Below, piece by piece: positions 19,476-27,042 of a DNA stretch of 64,000 nucleotides. The notes under the pieces are model-generated. The model did not search any database. It had not been told where the DNA came from and was given only the letters and a program-made list of their open reading frames with translations. Position 1 is the stretch's first letter; each line of letters begins with the position of its first letter. Both the position numbers and the translations under genes were made by a program. Source of the stretch: Myxococcota bacterium (GTDB taxonomy: Bacteria; Myxococcota; UBA4151); contig JAYZBQ010000076.1 of assembly GCA_036338695.1 (NCBI GenBank), positions 59,625 to 123,624 on the forward strand, given 5' to 3'.

Positions 19476-19914
19476 TACCTTATGCTTTACCAATCAGCGA
19501 TTGGGCGAAATTGAGGTCGAGTCCGACGCCGTATTGAATTTCCCAGCCGGGATCCTCGGGTTCTCGGAATGTCGCCGGTTCGCGCTGCTGCCGCATCGAC
19601 CCGGTACGCCGTTCTTTTGGTTGGTCCCGGTCGAGCGAGTGGACGTCGCCTTTGTGGTGGTCAACCCCGAGAACTTCTTCCCGGACTACTGCCCGTCGCT
19701 GACGAAAGACCAGCTGGCGCCGCTGGCGTTGACGCCCGATCAAGACCACAGCCTCGGGATGTTGGTGGTCGTCAGCTTTCGTGATGGTCAGCCGACCGCT
19801 AATTTGCGCGCCCCGCTGATCATGGACCTAGCCAACCGCCGCGCGGTTCAGGCGGTGCAGATTGGCCGCGAGTTTGACACGCAAACGCCGCTGTTTCCGG
19901 CCACCTCAAAATAA
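19468..19914 (+). CDS. fliW: Flagellar assembly factor FliW
   Basis: FPAGILGF, PFFWL, FVVVNP..FFPDY, TANLRAPL; ATG 19468 overlaps the csrA stop. Confidence 0.94.
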   Translation: MSDTLCFTNQRLGEIEVESDAVLNFPAGILGFSECRRFALLPHRPGTPFFWLVPVERVDVAFVVVNPENFFPDYCPSLTKDQLAPLALTPDQDHSLGMLVVVSFRDGQPTANLRAPLIMDLANRRAVQAVQIGREFDTQTPLFPATSK

Positions 19915-19930
19915 ATTGCAGGCGCCGGCC

Positions 19931-19958
19931 TAAACAGCTGACCTGATCGGGTCGTTGT
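19931..19958 (+). promoter_or_regulatory. Candidate sigma-28 promoter for the flagellin-1/fliD/fliS operon
   Basis: TAAA-N16-GTCGTTGT, same layout as the element at 16106. Confidence 0.55.
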
Positions 19959-19965
19959 CTGGGTC

Positions 19966-20009
19966 GGAGGGCAAGGATGCCTTCCAGGCGGACACGGATG
20001 TCCACGGAG
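19966..20009 (+). promoter_or_regulatory. CsrA-type GGA-loop hairpins in the flagellin-1 leader
   Basis: GGAGGGCA-AGGA-TGCCTTCC (19966-19985), GGACA-CGGA-TGTCC (19990-20003), then ACGGAG at the RBS. Confidence 0.8.
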
Positions 20010-20017
20010 CCAACCCA

Positions 20018-20848
20018 ATGTCTTTAGTCGTCCACCATAACGTGGCGGCGCGCTTTGCCCGCATGCACCTGGCTCGAGCCCAGGATGCCATTCAAGGTAG
20101 CACGGACCGGATGAGCTCGGGGTACCGACTCAATCGAGCGGCAGACGACACCACCGCCTTTGCGGTCTCCATGCGCTTCGGTTCGGACTTGATTGGCCTT
20201 GAGACCGTCAACCGCAACGCCCGCAACGGCATGAACCTGATCAGCGCCATGGAAGGGACGGCTGGTGAGATCCTGCGCGTCCTGGACCGGATGCGTGAGT
20301 TGGCGACGAAAAACGCAACGGAGACGATGACCGCGACGGATCGCAGCGAAGCTCAGATCGAGTTTGCGGCGCTTCAAGAAGAGATTCAGCGCTTGGCTCA
20401 GACCACGCAGATGAACCGAGTCCAAGGTCTGGCGGTTTCGGACACCATGACCTTCCAAGTCGGCGCCGGTGGCGGCGCCGCCAACCAGGTCGTGCTGTCG
20501 ATGCGCTCGATGACGCTTGCGGCGCTCTCGATCGGACCGGGCGACGCAGACATTATACTGATGAGCAACGCGCAGGGCGCGCTTGAGAGCATCGACGTCG
20601 CGCTTTCTCGCCTCAATACGCGCCGCTCGGAGATGGCGGCCACCTTCTCTCAGCTCAACTCCGCCTTTGACGTGACCGCAGCGGATCGCGAAGCGCTCCT
20701 CAATACATTAAACGTGATTCGTGATACCGATTACGCAGAGGAGTCGACGCGACTGGCGCAGAATCAGATCCGCTCGCAAGCTGCGGTGAGCATTCTGAGC
20801 CAGGCGAATACGATCCCGCAGCTGGCGCTGCAGCTGCTGCAAGGATAG
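20018..20848 (+). CDS. fliC: Flagellin 1 (short, divergent, 276 aa)
   Basis: MSSGYRLNRAADD, DRMRELA, TFQVG, IRDTDYAEE, SQANTIPQLALQLLQ; ATG 20018 follows the RBS. Confidence 0.88.
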   Translation: MSLVVHHNVAARFARMHLARAQDAIQGSTDRMSSGYRLNRAADDTTAFAVSMRFGSDLIGLETVNRNARNGMNLISAMEGTAGEILRVLDRMRELATKNATETMTATDRSEAQIEFAALQEEIQRLAQTTQMNRVQGLAVSDTMTFQVGAGGGAANQVVLSMRSMTLAALSIGPGDADIILMSNAQGALESIDVALSRLNTRRSEMAATFSQLNSAFDVTAADREALLNTLNVIRDTDYAEESTRLAQNQIRSQAAVSILSQANTIPQLALQLLQG

Positions 20849-20858
20849 GGAGGCGAAG

Positions 20859-22202
20859 ATGGCTGGATTTAGTGTAGGTGGATTGGCGACGGGGCTTGAT
20901 ACCAAGACCATGATCGCCCAACTCCTTCAGGTCGAGCGCTCGGCGCAGATCGGCCCTAAGCGTCGTAAGGCTGAGGCAGATCAGCGCGGCGCCGCCATCA
21001 ACGACCTGATCAACCTGATGAAAGAGGTCCGAACAGCCGCTGAGGGCGTCGACACCAACACCGAGGCTGCCGCCGTCACCGCCACCAGCGGCGACACCGA
21101 CAAGTTTACGGTAACGGGCGATGGCAACGCGCTCCCCGGCAGCTATCAGCTCGCCATCGGTCAGCTCGCCCAGGGGCAGAAGAATCGGGTGACCCTCGGC
21201 ACGAGCCTAACCGATTCTATCAACACCGGGACCTACACGATCCAAGTCGAGGGTGAGGACGCAGTCGATGTCGAGATCGACGGCACCAACGACACTTTGT
21301 CGGGGTTCATCACGGCGATCAACTCAGCCGAGGCAGGGGTGACAGCCTCCACCATCTTTGACGGCAACAACTACACCTTGGTGATCACCGCTGATGACAC
21401 CGGCAAGGCCGTCAACTACACCTCGAGTGGGGGCGCCAAGTGGAGCAACATCGACGGCAGCAAGGCGGACTTCTCAGTCTACCAAGAAGCCCAAGATGCC
21501 ATGTTTACGATCGATGGGATCGGGATCCAGAGCGACACCAACGAGGTGACCGACGCCATCACCGGGATCACGATCAACTTGCTGGAGACCACCGCCTTTG
21601 ACGAGATGGGGATGCCCACCGAAGAGATCAGCCTTGAGGTCAAAGCGGACAGTGAGAAGACCACAGAGAACGTCGAGGCGCTGACGGCGGCCATCGGCAA
21701 GGTCATGGCGAACCTTAAGTCGAACATGGCGTCCAGCGAGGACCGAGCCGGGATTCTCGCCTTTGACTCCACCGCCCGCATGCTGCGCGGCTCGATCTCC
21801 GATGCTTTGATCAATCGGCAAAGCGGCAACGACGGAACGTACAGCTCGCTGACGATGATCGGTATCGGGCAGGATCGCTATGGCAACATCTCCTTTGATA
21901 AGGATGAGTTCGCCGAGGCGCTCGCTAAGGATAAAGATGGCGTGCTGGGTCTGATTACGGGCGAGGACGGCCTCGCCGACCGGTTCAAAGAGATGGTTGA
22001 CGACTACACCTTCTCGGACGGTTTCCTGACGATCCGCAAAACCATGTACTCGGATCGCTCGAGCGATATCTCAAAGTCGATCGAGCGTATGGAGGAGCGC
22101 GTCATCGCTTACGGCGACCGGCTCAAGCGCCAGTTCGCTAAGCTCGAGCAGATGGTCTCAGGGCTCAATCAACAGAGCTCCGCATTGAGCGGTCTGCGCT
22201 AG
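20859..22202 (+). CDS. fliD: Flagellar filament cap protein FliD
   Basis: GLATGLDT..MI..LL, QLAQ, AQDA.FTIDG...SDTN.VTDAITGITINL, RLKRQFAKLE. Confidence 0.95.
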   Translation: MAGFSVGGLATGLDTKTMIAQLLQVERSAQIGPKRRKAEADQRGAAINDLINLMKEVRTAAEGVDTNTEAAAVTATSGDTDKFTVTGDGNALPGSYQLAIGQLAQGQKNRVTLGTSLTDSINTGTYTIQVEGEDAVDVEIDGTNDTLSGFITAINSAEAGVTASTIFDGNNYTLVITADDTGKAVNYTSSGGAKWSNIDGSKADFSVYQEAQDAMFTIDGIGIQSDTNEVTDAITGITINLLETTAFDEMGMPTEEISLEVKADSEKTTENVEALTAAIGKVMANLKSNMASSEDRAGILAFDSTARMLRGSISDALINRQSGNDGTYSSLTMIGIGQDRYGNISFDKDEFAEALAKDKDGVLGLITGEDGLADRFKEMVDDYTFSDGFLTIRKTMYSDRSSDISKSIERMEERVIAYGDRLKRQFAKLEQMVSGLNQQSSALSGLR

Positions 22203-22213
22203 GAAGGCACACC

Positions 22214-22618
22214 ATGATCCCCGCCAAACGGAACCCGTACGCCAGCGCTCAGGTCAACTCGGCAAGCCCGGAGCAGATCCTGGTGCTGCTGTATGACGCC
22301 GCTTTACGTGACCTCAAAGAGGCGATGGCGGCGCTGCAGGTGAACGATCGGTCGCGCAAGGCGAAGGCTTTGGATCATGCGGTCAAGGTGGTCACCGAGC
22401 TCGCGAACAGCCTGCGACCGGACAAGTCACCTGAGATCGCTGAGAACCTCTCGAGTTTGTATGATTTTATGATCGATCGGATGATTCGATCGAACGCTCA
22501 GAACCAAGACCTTGATCTGCAGGTCGTCTACAACTTGCTCGGCGAGCTGCGCTCAGCCTGGGTGGAGGCGATCCGGATCAACCGAACACAGCGAAACCAA
22601 GGGGTGGCAGGAGCCTAA
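22214..22618 (+). CDS. fliS: Flagellin chaperone FliS
   Basis: ASPEQILVLLYDAA, ENLSSLYDFM, ELRSAW. Confidence 0.96.
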   Translation: MIPAKRNPYASAQVNSASPEQILVLLYDAALRDLKEAMAALQVNDRSRKAKALDHAVKVVTELANSLRPDKSPEIAENLSSLYDFMIDRMIRSNAQNQDLDLQVVYNLLGELRSAWVEAIRINRTQRNQGVAGA

Positions 22619-22634
22619 CCCCAAGCACCCTACA

Positions 22635-22700
22635 CGCTGAGCAAGGATGCGAGGCGTTGACCCATCAAGGAGGATATCGGTCATGTTGAACAGCACATAG
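22635..22700 (+). other. Orphan flagellin-type leader: two GGA hairpins plus a 5-codon ORF (MLNST)
   Basis: GCA-AGGA-TGC (22641-22650); CCATCAAGGAGGATATC identical to the flagellin-3 RBS region; ATG TTG AAC AGC ACA TAG at 22683-22700. Confidence 0.55.
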
Positions 22701-22816
22701 GGGGCACCCCCCAGCGAGCCGAACCCAGCAAGGCTCACGACATAATCAGCTGGAAAAATAAATACTTTGAAACACCTGGGACGGCTCGAGCGAGCTCGAA
22801 CAGGGACCCTTTACCC

Positions 22817-22836
22817 GGAGCTCAGGGACGAGCTCC
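22817..22836 (+). promoter_or_regulatory. CsrA-type hairpin in the flagellin-2 leader
   Basis: Perfect 7-bp stem GGAGCTC-AGGGAC-GAGCTCC. Confidence 0.7.
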
Positions 22837-22895
22837 TTCCACTCGGCGGCGCTTCTTTCCAGAGCTCGCCGGCCATGCCAATCAAGGAGGATACC

Positions 22896-23723
22896 ATGGC
22901 CATCACTGTACGCAGTAACCCGCAATCCATTTTCTCGCAGACTCGCTTGACGCGCACCAGCCGCGCTCTTGAGAAGACGTTCAACCGTCTCTCGAGCGGC
23001 AGCCGCATCAACACGGCGGCCGATGACGCCGCAGGCTTAGCGATCTCGACTCGGCTCGAGCACCGCATCAAGGGGCAAGCCGCCGCCAAGCAAAACGCGC
23101 AAGAGGGGATCAGCTTTATCCAGACGCTCGAGGGCGGCGTGGAGCAGATCCTCGATATGTTGCATCGTCTGCGTGAGCTGGGTGTGCGCGCCGCTAACGA
23201 GACCCTGACCGACACTGATCGCGACGCCTTAGACCTTGAGTTTCAGCAGCTGCTGACCGAGGTGGACCGCGTCGGGTTGTCTACCTCGTTCAATGGTGGT
23301 CCGAACCTGCAAGGCTCTCTTGAGATGACCTTCCAGGTCGGCTTCTCAAACACCACCAACGACCGAGTCTCGCTGACTCAAACCTCTGGGCTTTCGCTCG
23401 CGGCGCTTCAGCTCAGCGGGCACGACGTGCAGTCGATCAGCAACGCTGCCAGCGCCATCGGTGACCTGAGCTTGGCGCTGAGCCACCTCAACGCGTACCG
23501 TTCGCGTCTGGGCGCCACGCAAAACCGCCTCGAGCGTTCCATCTCGAACCTTGAAGCCGATATCGAAAACGCAACGGCGGCCAACAGCCGCATCCGTGAC
23601 GTCGACTTCGCAGAGGAGACCAGCCAGCTGACCAGGCTCCAGATCTTGAGCCAGAGCGGAACCGCTGTGTTGACGCAGGCTAACGCCATGCCGCAGGCGG
23701 CGCTCGCCTTGCTCGGCGGCTGA
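22896..23723 (+). CDS. fliC: Flagellin 2 (275 aa)
   Basis: RLSSGSRINTAADDAAGLAIS, RSRLGATQNRLE, SRIRDVDFAEE; AAGGAGG RBS before ATG 22896. Confidence 0.95.
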   Translation: MAITVRSNPQSIFSQTRLTRTSRALEKTFNRLSSGSRINTAADDAAGLAISTRLEHRIKGQAAAKQNAQEGISFIQTLEGGVEQILDMLHRLRELGVRAANETLTDTDRDALDLEFQQLLTEVDRVGLSTSFNGGPNLQGSLEMTFQVGFSNTTNDRVSLTQTSGLSLAALQLSGHDVQSISNAASAIGDLSLALSHLNAYRSRLGATQNRLERSISNLEADIENATAANSRIRDVDFAEETSQLTRLQILSQSGTAVLTQANAMPQAALALLGG

Positions 23724-24118
23724 TCGGACGGCTGACTATGAACAAGATCACGATCGCCAATAGAGGCTCACCCGGGCGCGCGCCGCCCCCTCGACGCCGA
23801 GGTCGCAAGCGGAGCACCATCCGGTGGCTCTGGTCTCGGCGGCGAGGTCACCCGGTCATCCTGACCTGGGCTCGCTGCAAGACAAGGGCAGGACCCTTTA
23901 GCGGGCACATCAGGGCGCCGAACATGAGCGTTCGTAACGACATCCCCAGGGAGCTTGCCGATTCGGCGCACGCTCCGATCATCAGGAATCGTCATGGACC
24001 GTCTGAATCTCGGGCAGGGCCGACTCCCGGTCGCGCACCGCCCAAATCGACGGGCCCTCCTTAGCCGGAGGAGCTCCCGTCTGGGAGTCATCAGGAAGGA
24101 CAACAATTCAAATCAATC

Positions 24119-24134
24119 GGGACAAGGACGTCCC
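24119..24134 (+). promoter_or_regulatory. CsrA-type hairpin in the flagellin-3 leader
   Basis: GGGAC-AAGGAC-GTCCC. Confidence 0.65.
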
Positions 24135-24187
24135 ATTCGCCGGCTGGCGACCCAGGTCACCAGCCACTAGCCATCAAGGAGGATATC

Positions 24188-25021
24188 ATGGCTATTGTAG
24201 TAAGAAGTAATCCGCAGTCGGTCTTTGCACAGGTCCGTCTGAATCGTAGCTCGAACGCCTTACAAGACACCTTTCAGAAGTTGTCGACGGGCTCTCGGAT
24301 CAACAACGCTGGTGACGACGCCGCTGGGCTCGCTATCTCGACGCTGCTCGAGCACCGGATCCGCGGTCAAGGCGCGGCGAAGCAGAACGCGCTCGAAGGC
24401 ATCAGCATGATCCAGACCGCCGAAGGGGGCGTGGAGCAGGTTCGCTCGATGCTCGACCGGATGCGAGAGCTGGCGGTTCGCTCAGGCAACGAGACGCTCA
24501 GCGCCTCGGATCGTTCGAACGCGGACTTGGAGTTTCAGCAGCTCAAGCAAGAGATCACGCGTATCGGCAACACGACCTCGTACAACGGCGTCAACCTGCT
24601 TAATGCGTCACAGACGCTGACGTTCCAGGTCGGCTTTGCCAACACCACGAACAATCAGATCGCGGTGAGCTTGACCGGTAACATGATCGCATCAGGCGCT
24701 GACAGCTTCCTGTCGCTGAGCGGTGACGTCGGTAGCGCGGCTGCTGCAGCGTCGATGTTGGCTAAGATCGACAGCGCGCTGAGTCGGCTCAATGGTTATC
24801 GATCGAAGCTCGGCTCGGTGCAGAACCGGCTCGAGCGAGCGATCTCGAACCTCGAGGCCGACATCGAGAACGCAACGGCGTCGAATAGCCGGATTCGGGA
24901 CGTGGACTTTGCAGAGGAGACATCGAAGATGACGCGTCTGCAGATCCTTGTCCAAAGTGGCACGGCCGTGCTGACGCAGGCCAACGCCAGCCCACAAGCG
25001 GCGCTCTCCCTGCTCGGGTAG
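24188..25021 (+). CDS. fliC: Flagellin 3 (277 aa)
   Basis: KLSTGSRINNAGDDAAGLAIS, QTAEG, LGSVQNRLE, SRIRDVDFAEE. Confidence 0.96.
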   Translation: MAIVVRSNPQSVFAQVRLNRSSNALQDTFQKLSTGSRINNAGDDAAGLAISTLLEHRIRGQGAAKQNALEGISMIQTAEGGVEQVRSMLDRMRELAVRSGNETLSASDRSNADLEFQQLKQEITRIGNTTSYNGVNLLNASQTLTFQVGFANTTNNQIAVSLTGNMIASGADSFLSLSGDVGSAAAAASMLAKIDSALSRLNGYRSKLGSVQNRLERAISNLEADIENATASNSRIRDVDFAEETSKMTRLQILVQSGTAVLTQANASPQAALSLLG

Positions 25022-25044
25022 CGCAGCACGCGGGATCAGCCAGG

Positions 25045-25085
25045 AGGGTGCTCGGGGGTTACCTCGAGCACCCTTTTGGTTTTTT
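25045..25085 (+). terminator. Rho-independent terminator after flagellin 3
   Basis: AGGGTGCTCGGGG-GTTA-CCTCGAGCACCCT stem followed by TTTGGTTTTTT. Confidence 0.85.
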
Positions 25086-25332
25086 AAATTTACAGCAAAT
25101 CAAATGGCTTAGCGTTGCATCGGCTCAAAATGGCCGTGTTTTTAGGGCGTTGCCTTGACTTTGTTCATTCATGCCCCCACACTCTCAATGAAGGTCCACC
25201 TGTCCCCGGGCGACTTAGGAGGTAGTTTTAACATCATGGTTCCGCGCTGGCGAGCGCCGAATCAAGCCGGGCACACGCACCCGTTGAGCTTCAGCCCTTG
25301 GACCCTTGAAGCACAGCAAAACCATACAGAAC

Positions 25333-25353
25333 GCTCTCAAAGGATATGAGAGC
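25333..25353 (+). promoter_or_regulatory. CsrA-type hairpin in the flagellin-4 leader
   Basis: Perfect 7-bp stem GCTCTCA-AAGGATA-TGAGAGC, just before the AAGGAGG RBS. Confidence 0.75.
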
Positions 25354-25374
25354 TAAGCCATCCAAGGAGGAATC

Positions 25375-26208
25375 ATGGCACTTGTAGTACGTAGTAACGT
25401 TCAGTCTGTCTTCGCTCAAAACCGCCTCAACAGAAGCCAGGCGACCTTCGAAGACTCCCTCGCAAAACTTGCCTCGGGTAGCCGCATCAATAAAGCGGCT
25501 GATGATGCTGCTGGTATGGCGGTCTCGACCACTCTTGAGCACCGCATCAAAGCGCAGTCGGCTGCAAAGCAGAACGCTCAGGAAGCGATCAGTATGATCC
25601 AGACCGCAGAAGGCGGCGTGGAGCAGGTGCGCGGTATGATCGACCGTATGCGTGAACTCGCCGTGCGTGCGAGCAACGAAACGCTCAGCGCATCGGATCG
25701 CACGAATGCGAACCTCGAGTTCACTCAGCTTCAAGCGGAGATCAACCGCATCGGCAACACGACGTCGTACAACGGCACGGACTTGCTGGCAGCGACCGCA
25801 GAGCTGACCTTCCAGGTCGGCATGGAAAACAGCGCCAACCAGCGGATCATGGTGACCATGACCGGTAACATGCTGGCGACTGGCACTTCGGCTGCGCTGG
25901 CGCTGACCGGCGGCGTCGACACGACGGCGGGTGCGACGTCGATGCTTGCCAAGATCGACGCGGCGCTGAGCACCCTGAATGGGTACCGCTCGAAGCTCGG
26001 TTCGGTCCAAAACCGCCTGGAGCGATCGATCTCGAACATCGAGGCAGACATCGAGAACGCCACCGCAGCGAACAGCCGGATCCGTGACGTCGATTTTGCG
26101 TCCGAAACGGCGAACTTCACTCGGTCTCAGATCCTTATTCAGTCGGGTACGGCGATTTTGGCTCAGGCGAACAGCTCGCCGCAGGCTGCGCTGTCCCTGC
26201 TGGGTTAG
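25375..26208 (+). CDS. fliC: Flagellin 4 (277 aa)
   Basis: KLASGSRINKAADDAAG, QTAEG, LGSVQNRLE, SRIRDVDFASE. Confidence 0.96.
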   Translation: MALVVRSNVQSVFAQNRLNRSQATFEDSLAKLASGSRINKAADDAAGMAVSTTLEHRIKAQSAAKQNAQEAISMIQTAEGGVEQVRGMIDRMRELAVRASNETLSASDRTNANLEFTQLQAEINRIGNTTSYNGTDLLAATAELTFQVGMENSANQRIMVTMTGNMLATGTSAALALTGGVDTTAGATSMLAKIDAALSTLNGYRSKLGSVQNRLERSISNIEADIENATAANSRIRDVDFASETANFTRSQILIQSGTAILAQANSSPQAALSLLG

Positions 26209-26239
26209 TGGTCGACGCGTAGCGATTAGGAGGTAAACA

Positions 26240-26617
26240 ATGGCTGATCCTGCAAGCCTCCAAGCTACACTGATGCCGAGTCGTGCTCCGCGCCTTGGGC
26301 AGCCTGGTGCTGCCGAGGCCAAGAGCGCACGGGTAGCGGCGCCGCAGCCGGTTGCACTTGAGGCAGCCAGCAGCGGGGCGCTAGGACCAGTGCAGTTGGA
26401 GCGTCTGAAGGTCGAAGTGGCTGAGGTGCAAGCCCAGCTGGACCGTCACGGGGTAGACATCGAGATGGAACCCCAAGATGGTCTGGATCCTGCGATCATC
26501 CGCTTGGTTGATCGTGAGACGGGCGAGACCGTCCGGCAGATCCCTCCCAAGGAGTGGCTCGAGATGAGGCGCAACTTGATGGAAGGAAAAGGTCTGGTGG
26601 TCTCCACCATCGCCTAA
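26240..26617 (+). CDS. flaG: Flagellar protein FlaG
   Basis: IIRLVDRETGETVRQIPPKE...GLVV motif; follows a flagellin gene. Confidence 0.9.
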   Translation: MADPASLQATLMPSRAPRLGQPGAAEAKSARVAAPQPVALEAASSGALGPVQLERLKVEVAEVQAQLDRHGVDIEMEPQDGLDPAIIRLVDRETGETVRQIPPKEWLEMRRNLMEGKGLVVSTIA

Positions 26618-26634
26618 CCGACCAGGGCGAAAAT

Positions 26635-26673
26635 GGGCTCAGGGGTGCCTTCGGCGCCCCTGGGTCTTTTTTT
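26635..26673 (+). terminator. Rho-independent terminator after flaG
   Basis: GC-rich stem-loop GGCTCAGGGGTGCCTTCGGCGCCCCTGGGTC followed by T7. Confidence 0.9.
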
Positions 26674-26696
26674 GTGGGTGTGCCACAGAACACATC

Positions 26697-27026
26697 ATGA
26701 GCGAGACCATCCCCAAATCGCAGTATCTTCAGCGCTTACTCGAGCTCAGCGACGCCATGATCGCTGCGCTAGAAGCTGGCGACGTCGACATGGCAGGCGC
26801 GGTGTACGATGAACGTGTTCGCTTCATCGAGACGATGCGCGCCGATGATGAACCGGTTGAGCCCGATGTGATCGAGCGCGTGCTCGCTCGAGACCAGGCG
26901 GTGATCGCTGCAGCGCTCAAGCGGCGGCACGATATGGTGGGCTCGGCCGCTCAACTCAACGCGGTCAGTCGGTACTCAAGCCAGCTGCCGGGGTCCGCTG
27001 ACGGAGGCGATTGGGGCAGCGGCTAA
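26697..27026 (+). CDS. FliT-like flagellar chaperone (putative)
   Basis: LLELSDAMIAALEAGDVD...ER...I, VLARDQ helical pattern; flagellar context. Confidence 0.6.
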   Translation: MSETIPKSQYLQRLLELSDAMIAALEAGDVDMAGAVYDERVRFIETMRADDEPVEPDVIERVLARDQAVIAAALKRRHDMVGSAAQLNAVSRYSSQLPGSADGGDWGSG

Positions 27027-27042
27027 AGGCCGCCCTACGGGC

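Noticed and set aside
19915..19960. c-di-GMP-I (GEMM) riboswitch suggested by CCGGCCTAAAC
   Set aside because: The upstream GNRA-tetraloop stem and GCAAA elements are missing; better explained as a promoter -35 box
22767..22895. N-terminal extensions of ORF-track calls (flagellin 2; also 19955, 19312, 29432, 42528, 41579, 61375)
   Set aside because: Downstream starts have RBS motifs or stop/start overlaps and match family N-termini
23738..24170. ORFs of 71-112 aa in the flagellin 2-3 spacer
   Set aside because: Arg/Pro-rich, no convincing RBS, no protein-like composition; region looks like structured non-coding sequence
25291..26322. 343-aa minus-strand ORF and similar antisense ORFs over the other flagellins
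   Set aside because: Shadows of flagellin genes; their mutual similarity only reflects the flagellin paralogy
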